In this document: one piece after another, positions 1-9,573 of the stretch | Numbering within the stretch: the first letter of the stretch is position 1 | How the letters are laid out: each line of letters starts with the position of its first letter | IMG/VR virus record: IMGVR_UViG_3300005538_000014 | Location: 1-57,559 of that record | DNA length: 57,559 nucleotides | Strand: one strand, 5' to 3' | Source: a virus | Lineage: Duplodnaviria > Caudoviricetes | Position numbers and translations under genes: made by a program | Notes under the pieces: generated by a model | Database searches by the model: none | Seen by the model: only the letters and a program-made list of their open reading frames with translations | What the model was told of the DNA's origin: nothing

Positions 1-489
1 GACGCCGTTCGGCGCTGCCCCGAGGCAATGGCGCTGATCAACGGTGCCGACATCGAGTCCTCCTATTTCGCTGAGGATCCTGCGACCGGGCTGATGGTTC
101 GTGCCAGGCCGGACATTTTCCACCGCAAGACTGGCGTCATGGTCGACCTCAAACGAACCGTGGATGCTTCCGAGGAAGGTTTCGGTAGATCAGCGTCGGA
201 GTTCCGCTACGACGTGCAGGGCGCTTGGTATCCCTACGTGGTGAACCTCGCGACCCGCGAACAGGTACACCAATTCAAATTCATCGCTGTCGAGTCCGAA
301 TATCCGTACGTTATCGGAATCTACGACTTGCAGCCGGAAGATTTCATCGGCGGCCTCGAACAGGCGCGCCGAGACCTCGAAACCATCGCCGAGTGCTACC
401 GCACAGGCGCTTGGCCTGACCACTCGATCACAACGAAACCGCTGAGGTTTCCGCCGTGGCACAAACGGCGAATTGGGAGTGTCCATTGA
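1..489 (+). CDS. RecE/exonuclease VIII-like PD-(D/E)xK nuclease (5'-partial)
   Basis: Frame open from base 1; IESSYF...RARPD...MVDLK...YDVQGAWY...FKFIAVESEYPY motifs typical of DUF3799/RecE C-terminal nucleases. Confidence 0.8.
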   Translation, partial: DAVRRCPEAMALINGADIESSYFAEDPATGLMVRARPDIFHRKTGVMVDLKRTVDASEEGFGRSASEFRYDVQGAWYPYVVNLATREQVHQFKFIAVESEYPYVIGIYDLQPEDFIGGLEQARRDLETIAECYRTGAWPDHSITTKPLRFPPWHKRRIGSVH

Positions 490-932
490 TGAAACTCGTC
501 GTCAACAACCCGGCCGGAGTGGCGTACCTCGCGCTACTGGCGCAACTCGCCGCGCTCAATGATGCGCGCGAGAAGGAGCTTGTCCGCATCGACTCCAAAT
601 TGGATGGCATGCGCGAAGCAATGCTGGCCGACCAGGAGAAATTGCACGCGGCCGCGACCGAGGAGGTAGCCGCACTCGAAGCGCAGATCGCAGCCCTCCA
701 CGAGGAGATCGCGGAACGCAAGCAACGGCTGACGGACGACTTGGTGGAAATCAAGGACACGTTCCAAAAGGCGGAGGGTCTGGCATCGACGGCGCGGGAA
801 AAGGCGTTTGCCGTACACGCGAAGAAGCGCGCCGCCATCGTCGCAAAACTCGAAGGTGCCGGCGAGCGCGGCGCAGAGTTTCAGCGGAAGATTATCGAGG
901 CCGGGCTTGAGGCGTTCGCGACGGCCGCTTGA
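489..932 (+). CDS. coiled-coil hypothetical protein
   Basis: ATG at 489 overlaps the upstream TGA; Ala/Glu/Lys-rich helical sequence. Confidence 0.65.
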   Translation: MKLVVNNPAGVAYLALLAQLAALNDAREKELVRIDSKLDGMREAMLADQEKLHAAATEEVAALEAQIAALHEEIAERKQRLTDDLVEIKDTFQKAEGLASTAREKAFAVHAKKRAAIVAKLEGAGERGAEFQRKIIEAGLEAFATAA

Positions 933-1117
933 TGTTCAACCTTGATCTTCGCCCAACCGCGCTCGGCGTCAAAGAGGTCGTCATAAGGCCGGAAATTGGC
1001 GGGATGCAGTTTTGCATGCTGCCGGATGAAGCCGACCAGTTCGCCAACAGACTCATCGAAGCCGCGCGGATGGCGCGGGAGAGTATCAACCGAAGGGGAA
1101 ATCATGCTGGAAGATAA
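929..1117 (+). CDS. small hypothetical protein
   Basis: Overlaps both neighbours, fills the operon gap. Confidence 0.5.
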   Translation: MMFNLDLRPTALGVKEVVIRPEIGGMQFCMLPDEADQFANRLIEAARMARESINRRGNHAGR

Positions 1118-2078
1118 CGTACAAGTAATTCCGCCCGGACCGCCCGTCGAGGCGTACGAGCAGTCGCGCTCGGTCGCGCCCATGGCACCGGGCCGCTCGC
1201 TCGCGGAACACGTCAACGCCGGCACCGTCGCGGTCGAACAGGCCCGCGCCGAAGCCGAGGTTATGACGAAGATCAAGATGGCGATTGCGTTCCCGCGCAA
1301 CGAGCACGCGGCAACGCAGAAGATCATCCGCGCATGTCAGGAGTTGTCGCTGGCGGAGGAGGCATTCTACGAGTTCAGCCGCGGCGAGACCGTTACAGGC
1401 CCGTCGATCAGGCTCGCCGAAGAACTGGCGCGGTGTTGGGGCAACATCGAGTCCGGCCTTGTCGAACTCAGCCAGAAAGACGGCGTGAGCGAAATGCGCG
1501 CTTACGCGTGGGACAAGGAGACGAACACCGAATCCGTCCAGAATTTCACCGTGCGCCACATCCGCGACACTAAGAGCGGCGGCCGCGCACTCTCGCAGCA
1601 GCGTGACATCTACGAATTGACCGCCAACATGGGAAGCCGGCGCTTGCGTGCGCGCATCCTGGCGATCCTTCCCAAGTGGTACGTGCGGCTCGCCGAAGAC
1701 GAGTGCCGGAAGACGCTGCGCTCGGGCGACAAGGCAACCGTTGCGGAGCGCAGCCGCAGGATGCTCGCCGAGTTCACCCGCTACGGTGTCAACGTCGCCA
1801 TGATCGAGAAGAAGATCGGCAAGCCGTTCGATCAGATCACGGGCGATGACCTCGTAACTCTCCGCTCAGCATTCACCGCGATCAAGGACGGCGCGTCCGC
1901 CGTGTCCGAGGTGTTCCCGAGCGATGAAGCGAACAAGGGCGGCCTTGCGGCGGCTCTCACAGCGGCAACCGAAGCTAAGCCGGACGCATCGGCATCGAAG
2001 GGCGCGAAAACAAAGGCCAAGGAGCAGCCTCAGAAGGCGGAGGGTGCCGCACAGCAGGGAGACGGTGACGTATTCTAA
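1104..2078 (+). CDS. putative single-strand annealing/recombination protein (RecE partner)
   Basis: RBS AAGGGG before ATG 1104; AIAFPRN...AEEAFY...GPSIRLAEELARCWGNI motif of phage proteins commonly found beside RecE-like nucleases; function inferred from context. Confidence 0.55.
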   Translation: MLEDNVQVIPPGPPVEAYEQSRSVAPMAPGRSLAEHVNAGTVAVEQARAEAEVMTKIKMAIAFPRNEHAATQKIIRACQELSLAEEAFYEFSRGETVTGPSIRLAEELARCWGNIESGLVELSQKDGVSEMRAYAWDKETNTESVQNFTVRHIRDTKSGGRALSQQRDIYELTANMGSRRLRARILAILPKWYVRLAEDECRKTLRSGDKATVAERSRRMLAEFTRYGVNVAMIEKKIGKPFDQITGDDLVTLRSAFTAIKDGASAVSEVFPSDEANKGGLAAALTAATEAKPDASASKGAKTKAKEQPQKAEGAAQQGDGDVF

Positions 2079-2309
2079 ATGGTCGAACGCACCACGGAGT
2101 ACCTCACTCCACAGGAGGTCGAGGAGGAGTTTCGCGGAAGCATCACAGTCCGCACACTCCAACGCTGGCGCAGTGACGACCGCAAGTACGGCCCACCGTA
2201 TCTGAAGGTTGGCAATCGCATCCTGTACCCACGCGACGGACTGAAAAAGTGGGCGAAGGAAAACGAGTACGCGTCAACGAGTGACTACGGATCGAAGAAA
2301 GCAGCCTAG
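2079..2309 (+). CDS. excisionase-like/HTH_17 DNA-binding protein
   Basis: YLTPQEV...ITVRTLQRWR...GPPYLKVGNRILY pattern of Xis/AlpA-type winged HTH. Confidence 0.8.
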   Translation: MVERTTEYLTPQEVEEEFRGSITVRTLQRWRSDDRKYGPPYLKVGNRILYPRDGLKKWAKENEYASTSDYGSKKAA

Positions 2310-2379
2310 TTCGGCAACGGAAACATGGCTGGAAAACCACTGCAACGCGCCGACGTTTCCGGGCGCAAAGGAGAGTAGC

Positions 2380-2832
2380 TTGACAGGTACCACAACAACG
2401 GCCGGATCGACGCCGGCCACCACGGGGTTCTTCGCGAACGCCATCAAGTGGGTCGAAGGCGAGATCAGTGCCGCGGAAACAGCAGTCACGGCCGAGGCCG
2501 CGGTAATCTGGAATGATGTGAAGGAAGAGGCGCTCGCGATCGAGCCGGAGGTCGTCGAAGCGTTCGACAATCTGTTCAGCCAGCTTGCGCCGTTCGCGGT
2601 CGCGGCAGCCACCACTGTCGGCAAGGACATCCTGAGCGGCAAACTCAGCACGAGCGAAGGCCGCTCACAGGTGATCACGCAACTTGGTCAGAAGGCGCAG
2701 ACGTTGGGCTATTCGCTCGAACAGCAGGGCGTTACGTCCGCGATCAATCTCGCCACGGAGTTCGGCGTCGGCGTTTACAAGCTCGCGACCGGCCAGTCTG
2801 TAGGCCAGCCGCAGAACCCGGCCGGAGGGTAA
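2380..2832 (+). CDS. hypothetical protein
   Basis: AGGAG RBS at 2369-2373 before TTG 2380; followed by a hairpin at 2821-2841. Confidence 0.6.
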   Translation: MTGTTTTAGSTPATTGFFANAIKWVEGEISAAETAVTAEAAVIWNDVKEEALAIEPEVVEAFDNLFSQLAPFAVAAATTVGKDILSGKLSTSEGRSQVITQLGQKAQTLGYSLEQQGVTSAINLATEFGVGVYKLATGQSVGQPQNPAGG

Positions 2833-2872
2833 TTTTCCGGCTCATTTGTTGAAAACTCCCTTGGAAGACCGA

Positions 2873-2903
2873 GAAACGGCGCGGCTGTCAACCGCGCCGT
2901 TTC
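2873..2903. terminator. stem-loop between convergent operons, probable terminator
   Basis: GAAACGGCGCGG-ctgtcaa-CCGCGCCGTTTC perfect 12-bp inverted repeat just after the last lysis gene. Confidence 0.65.
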
Positions 2904-2907
2904 AGTC

Positions 2908-3162
2908 TCAGCTTTTCGCGCAGGCCCGCGCGGCGTCGCGCATCGCCTGCCAGTCCTTTTCCATTCGCATGATCACCGGAGACTTTGCGGCGATCAGCGC
3001 CTTGGCGAGCTTGGCCTGGTCAGCCCTTGACCAGTCCTGTGTCGGAATGCACGTCGCGTGCAGATTGATCGTAACAGGCGCGGGAACGGGAGCCGGGTTG
3101 CCGGACAGGGCCGCGCAGCCACACACAGCCACGCACAGAGCGATAATTCCGAGCTTACGCAT
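2908..3162 (-). CDS. lipoprotein, probable o-spanin (Rz1-like)
   Basis: MRKLGIIALCVAVCGC lipobox, Pro-rich linker, last gene of the lysis cassette. Confidence 0.7.
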   Translation of the reverse strand: MRKLGIIALCVAVCGCAALSGNPAPVPAPVTINLHATCIPTQDWSRADQAKLAKALIAAKSPVIMRMEKDWQAMRDAARACAKS

Positions 3163-3379
3163 TACCCGCCTCCAATCGTTTCAGCGCCTCGTCGTCCGTC
3201 TTTGGCGCGTTTGCTTCGGCCTTTGCGATGTTGGCTTCCGTTGCGGCGTTCGCGTTCGCAATGTCGCGCTGCGCTTCCGCCGTTCCCTGTGCGACGCCGG
3301 CCGCTTGCTGTTTGCCGCCGAACAGCCATTGCGCCACCGACACGGCAGCCGAAATCAGCGCGGCAACGATTGTACCCAT
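3155..3379 (-). CDS. probable i-spanin (Rz-like)
   Basis: Start 3379 coupled to the upstream stop (TGATG); N-terminal TM segment then Ala-rich helix; precedes the lipoprotein. Confidence 0.55.
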   Translation of the reverse strand: MGTIVAALISAAVSVAQWLFGGKQQAAGVAQGTAEAQRDIANANAATEANIAKAEANAPKTDDEALKRLEAGNA

Positions 3380-3627
3380 CACTTTCCCCTCAAATGACGC
3401 GCCACGCGCGCCTTCATTACAGCGCCGTAAACCGAGAACACGGCACCGATGATGGTCACACCGAGTGAGACCCATCCCTGAATCTGCGTAATGTGACCGT
3501 TCACCCACATGAACATTGAACTCACTCCGCCGCCGCCCCACAGCACCCACGCGTGTTTGATGGCGGCATGTTCGGATTGCCCCGCCGCGATCTCAGCCCC
3601 GTAATCGCGAATACCCTGCATGACCAT
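3379..3627 (-). CDS. probable holin
   Basis: 82 aa with hydrophobic segments and a basic C-terminus, directly after the endolysin. Confidence 0.5.
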   Translation of the reverse strand: MVMQGIRDYGAEIAAGQSEHAAIKHAWVLWGGGGVSSMFMWVNGHITQIQGWVSLGVTIIGAVFSVYGAVMKARVARHLRGK

Positions 3628-3628
3628 T

Positions 3629-4276
3629 TTACGCGCTCCCGTCCATCAGTCGTTGTACGCCAGAGACGCCGCACGCCTGCAAGGCGCGGTGCCAGCAGTC
3701 GGCGCGCTCCGCTTCCCCGCCCTCCCCGCCGTTGATACGCAGGGTGATTGCGGCGAATTTTCCGAGATCGGCCAGCGTGTTCAGGTGATTTGACCACCAG
3801 TACCAGGCCGCACTCCGCGCCGCGTTGCCGGGCTGCAGGAGCAAGTCAGGATCCGCTACGAGCGGCAGCCCGAGGTTGACGCCGCAAGCCGCATATTCTC
3901 CGCGGCCGGTAATTTGCAGGAGGCCCCGGCCGCGGTAGCGCCATCCGTCTCCGCTTGCCTCGTTTCCATTCCCCATCCGGTTCGCATAGACGCGATTCGC
4001 GATGCGCTCCGGGAAATCCGCGTAGTGCGGAACGTCGCCCGGTGTGAAATGAGACGGGAAGGCCCGCAGGAGCGCCGCGGCCGAGTAGCGAAGGTTCTCC
4101 TCCACAACAGAGAACCACTCGCTCTCGTACGCCGCTTCCGCAATGAAGGCGGCGCGCCGATAGGGCGTTGTGATGTCGAACTCCGCCATTGCCGAATTGA
4201 GCGGCGCAACATAGGCGCGCACGCGATCAATCGGGCATTTCGCCACGGAGGAGAGGAGCGCAGCCGTGATAACCAT
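3629..4276 (-). CDS. endolysin, glycoside hydrolase family 19
   Basis: AAFIAEAAYES, EENLRYS, ANRVYANRMGNG, GDGWRYRGRGLLQITGR, AAWYW, ITLRINGG. Confidence 0.92.
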   Translation of the reverse strand: MVITAALLSSVAKCPIDRVRAYVAPLNSAMAEFDITTPYRRAAFIAEAAYESEWFSVVEENLRYSAAALLRAFPSHFTPGDVPHYADFPERIANRVYANRMGNGNEASGDGWRYRGRGLLQITGRGEYAACGVNLGLPLVADPDLLLQPGNAARSAAWYWWSNHLNTLADLGKFAAITLRINGGEGGEAERADCWHRALQACGVSGVQRLMDGSA

Positions 4277-4289
4277 GACGCCTTTATGG

Positions 4290-4296
4290 CGTCACG
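4290..4296 (-). promoter_or_regulatory. late-promoter motif (CGTGACG-C-CATAAA-N6-ATG) before the endolysin
   Basis: One of 13 copies spaced 13-14 nt from a start codon. Confidence 0.7.
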
Positions 4297-4300
4297 ACGC

Positions 4301-5482
4301 TCACCGCGTTTCGATGGTGAGCGTCAGGCTCCAATCGGCCGGGAGCAGGATAAGTTGCTGCCCGAATGTCAACGCGTTCTTGCCAACCGGAATGCCGGCG
4401 CTGCCGATGATGATGTCGTTGGCGGTCGTACCGTTGCCCAATTTCACGGTCGCACCCGCATTCGAGGAATCGACCATGAGGCCAACCGTAACTGTCTCGC
4501 CGATCTGGAAAGACTGAGGCGATGTGCATGTCGCTGTGAGCGCGATCATGGCGCTCGCCGCAACCAGCCCAAGGCCGTGCGTGAACGAGACCATTGACGA
4601 GTTCGACCAAGCGCCAGCGGCAACTGTCATGGTATAGATGTACGTTCCGCGGATAGTCGTAAAGTTCGAGCCGTCGAAATAGATCGTGACAGCGGTGCCC
4701 CCCATGCCGGCGCGTGACGAAACGCCATCGAGCGTGGCACTGGGGTTGGGATTGATCGTCAGGGTTCCGCCGACCGTGGCCGGAATTGAGAACGTCGCCA
4801 TCCACCCGGCAGACAGATTGTTCGGGTTAAGTGTGAGGGTCGTGCCGGCCGTGAAAATGATCGTGGTATTGTGGTCGCTTTGCAGCGCCGTGTACGAGCC
4901 GGAACCGTTCTCGCTCGCGTTGACCAGCGTTGCCGGGTCCGTATTGCCAGCCCCGACATTCGTTCCGTCCGCGGAAACGCGCGCCGCGCGGCCGCCAGCA
5001 AGGATGTAGCCGGAGCCAGTCGCGGTTTTGAGTGTGACGCTGTTCGTCCCGGTGCAGCGATTGATCACCTCCCAATCGCCGGAATTTGGGAAGGCGACGT
5101 TTGTGGAAGCGGTAAGCGCGCCGGTCAGGATGATTACCTTGCACCCGTATTGCGCTGCCGTGAGAGTGTTGGTGCCGTTTGTAATCGGCACGGTGACTAC
5201 ACCGCCTGCCGCGTTCGCAACGAAGCTGGTCGTCGCGAGCTTCTGTGAGGAGTCGCCTGTGGCCGGGTTTGGTCCCTTCGGAGTGCCTGTGAAGAACGGC
5301 GAGTTCAGCGGCGCAGCCGACGATTGGAGCGCCGTCAACTGCGCATTGAGCCAGTTTGTCCGGTTCGCGAGATTCGTGAGGCCGGCGTTGGCCGGGCCGG
5401 AAACGCCGCCAGTAACCGGGTCCGTCGTGTCCACGCCTTGAACGTGGGCGTCGTAATTGGTGGTTTCGGTGATATTAAACAT
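4301..5482 (-). CDS. tail fibre protein
   Basis: DPVTGGVSGPANAGLTNLANRTNWL N-terminus and APLNSPFFTGTP...KLATTSFV fibre motif; follows baseplate genes. Confidence 0.85.
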   Translation of the reverse strand: MFNITETTNYDAHVQGVDTTDPVTGGVSGPANAGLTNLANRTNWLNAQLTALQSSAAPLNSPFFTGTPKGPNPATGDSSQKLATTSFVANAAGGVVTVPITNGTNTLTAAQYGCKVIILTGALTASTNVAFPNSGDWEVINRCTGTNSVTLKTATGSGYILAGGRAARVSADGTNVGAGNTDPATLVNASENGSGSYTALQSDHNTTIIFTAGTTLTLNPNNLSAGWMATFSIPATVGGTLTINPNPSATLDGVSSRAGMGGTAVTIYFDGSNFTTIRGTYIYTMTVAAGAWSNSSMVSFTHGLGLVAASAMIALTATCTSPQSFQIGETVTVGLMVDSSNAGATVKLGNGTTANDIIIGSAGIPVGKNALTFGQQLILLPADWSLTLTIETR

Positions 5483-5495
5483 GGCCCGAGCGTGC

Positions 5496-5502
5496 CGTCA
5501 CG
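5496..5502 (-). promoter_or_regulatory. late-promoter motif (CGTGACG-G-CACGCT-N6-ATG)
   Basis: 13 nt before ATG 5482. Confidence 0.75.
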
Positions 5503-6375
5503 TCACGGCGAAACATAATTGAGGTTGCGGAGCAGATTGCCCGCGGCCCGGCATGCGTTGATGATGTCGGTGACGACGTGCTGGACATAGCTTGGGTCCG
5601 CACCGTCGCTGAAATCATAGCTATAGGTTACGTCAAACTGATTGTACGAGTATGTGACGACGCTATTGTAATTGATGGCTCCGTTATAGGTGTTCGCACC
5701 GTTATACGTTGCCCCTCCAACCGTCGTCGTGACATCGGCTACGGTCGTATCCTGATTGGTAAATCGTGTGATGGCGAGTTCCATTGCCAGATTGTTGCAA
5801 TTCTGGTTGACGATGGACGCCATCATGCGGTTCGCGTAGTGCGTGTCGCTTTCCGTTGCGCTCTTGCGGCCGATGTTTCCGTAGTACGAGCCGAGTGTGT
5901 CGAGAAAAAACCCGCTGGCAGACGGATTCCCGTTGTCCAAGATGCTCAACTGCGCCGGCGCGGCCGCAATCGTATCCTGCAACTGTTCAAGCTCGTAGGC
6001 TTGCGCTTCGAGGTAGGCGTACAGGAGGTTGGTGTACCCCAACATCGGCTGGCCGCTGCCGCCCGACGAATCCAGGAGAACCAGCGCGCCGAGGGTTGCG
6101 TTGTCCGTTCCGTCGACGTAGGTGACAGAGTAGCCTGGCTGCGCAGCGATATAATCGGCCAAGCCAGCAATCGTGTACTGGCTCAAATCGATGGTGAGGC
6201 CGGGAACGGTGGTGCTGCCAGTAGTGATCGCGGTTGTCAGAAAGCCGTCCGAGACCGTCCACGTCATGGACGAGCCGGCAGCGCCGACAAAAATAACGAT
6301 CAGCGCATTGAAGAAATCTGGATCGGTCCAGAACGCTTCCGTCAGGAATGAGAGGAGTGTTTGCGTGAGCAGCAT
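5503..6375 (-). CDS. baseplate wedge protein (P2 gpI-like position)
   Basis: ASGFFLDTLGSYYG...ESDTHYANRM motif; lies between baseplate J and the fibre. Confidence 0.7.
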   Translation of the reverse strand: MLLTQTLLSFLTEAFWTDPDFFNALIVIFVGAAGSSMTWTVSDGFLTTAITTGSTTVPGLTIDLSQYTIAGLADYIAAQPGYSVTYVDGTDNATLGALVLLDSSGGSGQPMLGYTNLLYAYLEAQAYELEQLQDTIAAAPAQLSILDNGNPSASGFFLDTLGSYYGNIGRKSATESDTHYANRMMASIVNQNCNNLAMELAITRFTNQDTTVADVTTTVGGATYNGANTYNGAINYNSVVTYSYNQFDVTYSYDFSDGADPSYVQHVVTDIINACRAAGNLLRNLNYVSP

Positions 6376-6378
6376 CGG

Positions 6379-7482
6379 TTAGATGCCCGTGATCGCGATG
6401 GTTCCCGGCATCAGCTTGTGCGAAAAGTTCGTTGTCTGGTCCGTCGTCGGTGCGGACATGGTGTAATTGTCCACACCCTTGATGCTCTTCGCGAGGAACA
6501 CAGCTTGTGAGCACTCGAAGGTGTCACCAATGCCGAGGCTGAGGATGTAGTTGGTAATCGCGGTTTGCACGAGCGGCGCAAGAACGGACGAATCGTATCC
6601 CGGCAGCGCCGAGACGTTGGCCGTGACGTTGAGGTTCGTCGACGTCGCGGCGCTCACGACCAGATTGACGCCTGCCGCTTTGTACCCCGGAACCTTTTGG
6701 CCCGTGTTTGGGTCGATGTAACCAAGCAGGATGTTGGTAACTTGGGTGAGGAGCGCCGAAGAGGCGACCGTATTGGTGCCGTTGTGGACGTACACCGTGA
6801 CCGTGCCGATTGTGTCGTTGACTGACGCCGAAAGCACTTGCTCGCTAACGGAGCCGGTCTGATCGAGCAAGACGGCCGTGCTGCACCCATAGATCAGGCC
6901 AGCCACGGTCGCGCGCGCGAGGGACTTAATGTAAGCCTGAAACCGCTGCTTGCGCTGCGCGTCCGTCTCGGCGTCGCGGCCGTTCACAAAGGCCGCCGCG
7001 TTCGACGCCGAGGTGAATCCGGTAATGGGAGTTGTGGGAGTGAAGCTCGTACCAGCGGGGATGTTGCCAACAGGCCCCGTCGCACTCGCCCCGACAAGCA
7101 CGTTGCCGTTGGTATTGCCAGCGGGGATGGTGACATCGGCCGCGGAGGTGTAGGTAACGGAGCCGCCCGTGTACTGGAACACGGTTCCCGCAGGAATGAG
7201 CGTATCCGTAGCCTGCGCCGTGATATTGACGCCGATAAGGCCGCTTGCCGCCATCGCAACGAGCGCGGCGAAATTGAACGTGTTGTATGTCGCGACCGGG
7301 ATGGCTTCGAGCAGCCCGTTCATCACTTGCTGGTAACACTGGTCGATTTCGTTCGCGGGCGCTTCAACAAGGGTGCGCGCGATCGATCCCACCGAAAAAT
7401 CCGTGATCTTCGTGGTCCCCGCCTTCATGCGGTTGACCATCGAGGCCACGATGGAGGGGAAATTCTTGATCTGGAAGGCCAT
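6379..7482 (-). CDS. baseplate J-like wedge protein
   Basis: ITDFSVGSIARTLVEA, IPAGT, GPVGNIPAG, NGRDAETD...RF...SLARAT motifs. Confidence 0.9.
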   Translation of the reverse strand: MAFQIKNFPSIVASMVNRMKAGTTKITDFSVGSIARTLVEAPANEIDQCYQQVMNGLLEAIPVATYNTFNFAALVAMAASGLIGVNITAQATDTLIPAGTVFQYTGGSVTYTSAADVTIPAGNTNGNVLVGASATGPVGNIPAGTSFTPTTPITGFTSASNAAAFVNGRDAETDAQRKQRFQAYIKSLARATVAGLIYGCSTAVLLDQTGSVSEQVLSASVNDTIGTVTVYVHNGTNTVASSALLTQVTNILLGYIDPNTGQKVPGYKAAGVNLVVSAATSTNLNVTANVSALPGYDSSVLAPLVQTAITNYILSLGIGDTFECSQAVFLAKSIKGVDNYTMSAPTTDQTTNFSHKLMPGTIAITGI

Positions 7483-8099
7483 TACGCGCTCACGTCGACA
7501 TCTACCGACCCGTTTACCGTCACGGCGCTCGCAGAGACATTGATTGCCGCCCCCTGTACGGTCACTGAAATCTTGCCGACCGAAACTGTCCTTTGATCAG
7601 AAAGGATTGTGGCCGACGCATAAGACCGCGCGAGCAGACCCGCGGTCGGCCCATTCACGCTGCCGATGAGCTTTCGGAGGCGACTGCCGTAGCTCGGATA
7701 CCAGAGCATCCGCCCCTGGCGCGTTACCAACTTTGTACTGACAGCTTGCTCGTAATTGTCGCTGCCGGAGACAACAGCGAAATCACCCATGCCGTCACCC
7801 GACAGTCTGCCGTTTTGCAGGGCAATGTCGGTGCCAAGGGCGGTGTCCGCGGTCGCCGCGAGCGGCATGAGCAGCGCGGCAGACGGCACCATGATAGTAC
7901 CGCCATTCAGAATCACTTGCTCGGTTGCCTGTGTCTCGTCGTCAGTGAGGTACGGGTAAACGAGGTTGTTGATGTAAATGAGGCTCGGCCATTGCGACAC
8001 ATCGCCAAGCTCACGCGCGGCGACCTTTTGCAAGGTGTCGCCGACTTGCGTTTGGACGAAGCGGAAGCCGCGCAGCGGCCTATTGAGATTGATAGCCAT
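7482..8099 (-). CDS. LysM-like plus gp25/gpW-like baseplate wedge protein
   Basis: N-terminal QVGDTLQKVAARELGDVSQW (LysM-like); C-terminal GTDIAL...VSGSDNYEQAV...YPSYGS (gp25-like). Confidence 0.75.
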   Translation of the reverse strand: MAINLNRPLRGFRFVQTQVGDTLQKVAARELGDVSQWPSLIYINNLVYPYLTDDETQATEQVILNGGTIMVPSAALLMPLAATADTALGTDIALQNGRLSGDGMGDFAVVSGSDNYEQAVSTKLVTRQGRMLWYPSYGSRLRKLIGSVNGPTAGLLARSYASATILSDQRTVSVGKISVTVQGAAINVSASAVTVNGSVDVDVSA

Positions 8100-9262
8100 T
8101 ACGGGAACGAAATCCCGGCCGCCGCGGTGGAGAGCATGTACGCGAGGTCATCGGCATCCATTGGCAGCGTTGCAGGGTCCGTGATTTTCAGCGTATCGAG
8201 CGCGGACTGCGCGTCGGTCGTCACCGCGGCCAGCGTCGTAGGCTCCGGCGTGATGGTCTCGAATGCGTTTTCATTGATCAGCGGGCTAATCGGCGAGCCG
8301 CCAGACGTGGACGAGCACGAGGATGCGCCGTACACATCGGTGAAATCAGGGTTCGTTTTCATGCCAGAAAAGACGTTGGTAACAACGCAGTACGCGTTGT
8401 CGAAGGCCGACGCCGCCCCCATCAACTCGGCTTGCGAGCCGTAATCGCTCGGGTTCGCGATGGCCCCGAGGGTGTAGAGCGCGTTACGCCCGGCGCGCGA
8501 AACGTCGGCCACAAGGCCCATCAAATCAGCGGCGGAGCCTACCAACGGGCCAGCCGTGGATTTGATCACGCCAATGCCGGTGTTGAGCGTCGTAACCGCT
8601 GTTTCCAGAAACTGCGCCAGGGGATCGAAAAGGCTGCCGCTCGCGAGATCGCCGGCACTCAGGCCAGAGATCAGGTCGTAACTCCCCTGCAGGCTTTCGA
8701 GGCCGAGCGTTGACTGATCTTGCGACAGGAGCGAGTCGAACTGGCTGAAATCGTCCTCGCTGTCGCCAGCGAGCGCGGCGTCGAGTTCTGACGCGAGAAC
8801 CGTCAACGTGATCTGGTACATCATCAGGAGCGGGCGCGCCCGGCTCCGCTTCAAGATGAATTGGTTTGGCGCTACGATTGAGGCGAAGCCATCGAGAGCA
8901 TCGGCGAAGATCAGCTTGACGCTGTTCGGATCCTGCCCGGCCGCGCGCGCCTGGTCGCGCAAGGCGTGCCACTGGTAATAGACGAATTGCTGCAACTGCT
9001 GAAAAAGCGCAACGCCATCGGCGCTTTCCGTCCCGCGCCACCCCGTGTGCCCGGAAATGACGATAGTTGCGAGGCCGGGGCCGAAATTGTCAACGAACGC
9101 CGAATTGCCGAGAGTCTGTTGGACTGTCAGACGCGACGGGTCCGAGCGCGTCAAATCTTCTGGTCGAATGTTAAGCTGAAATGAGGAAATTTCACCCGTC
9201 AGGCCGTTATCCATGACGAAGCTAATAGGCCGATACCACGATTTTTGAGTGGACGGAATCAT
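8099..9262 (-). CDS. baseplate/tail-tube initiator-type virion protein
   Basis: FQLNIRPEDL...PSRLTVQQTLG...FVDNFGPG...ISGHTGW motif; baseplate context. Confidence 0.65.
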   Translation of the reverse strand: MIPSTQKSWYRPISFVMDNGLTGEISSFQLNIRPEDLTRSDPSRLTVQQTLGNSAFVDNFGPGLATIVISGHTGWRGTESADGVALFQQLQQFVYYQWHALRDQARAAGQDPNSVKLIFADALDGFASIVAPNQFILKRSRARPLLMMYQITLTVLASELDAALAGDSEDDFSQFDSLLSQDQSTLGLESLQGSYDLISGLSAGDLASGSLFDPLAQFLETAVTTLNTGIGVIKSTAGPLVGSAADLMGLVADVSRAGRNALYTLGAIANPSDYGSQAELMGAASAFDNAYCVVTNVFSGMKTNPDFTDVYGASSCSSTSGGSPISPLINENAFETITPEPTTLAAVTTDAQSALDTLKITDPATLPMDADDLAYMLSTAAAGISFP

Positions 9263-9275
9263 GCGACGACGGTAG

Positions 9276-9282
9276 CGTCACG
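9276..9282 (-). promoter_or_regulatory. late-promoter motif (CGTGACG-C-TACCGT-N6-ATG)
   Basis: 13 nt before ATG 9262. Confidence 0.75.
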
Positions 9283-9306
9283 TTCCGTCGTAACTCGGTG
9301 AGCAGC

Positions 9307-9573
9307 ATGTTCGAGTGGTTTATCAATTCCGACATTGGCGCGCCCATCTACGTGCTCTGCATATTCGCGGCCGTAGCCGCAGCCGTATTCGGTTTCTGCT
9401 GGCTCATAATGAAGGCCGCCAAGGTGCCGGGCGTGCCATCAGTCATCCTTGGCCTCATTCTCGCCATTGGCGGCGCTGTCGTCGCCGGATTCCACGGCGC
9501 GGTTATCGGCTTGCTTATCGGCGTGTTCGTGGCCGTTTTCAGTATGGCGAACCGACAGCGGCCGAGCGCCTGA
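9307..9573 (+). CDS. small multi-pass membrane protein (moron)
   Basis: About three hydrophobic helices; fills the gap between two - strand baseplate genes in the opposite orientation. Confidence 0.6.
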   Translation: MFEWFINSDIGAPIYVLCIFAAVAAAVFGFCWLIMKAAKVPGVPSVILGLILAIGGAVVAGFHGAVIGLLIGVFVAVFSMANRQRPSA

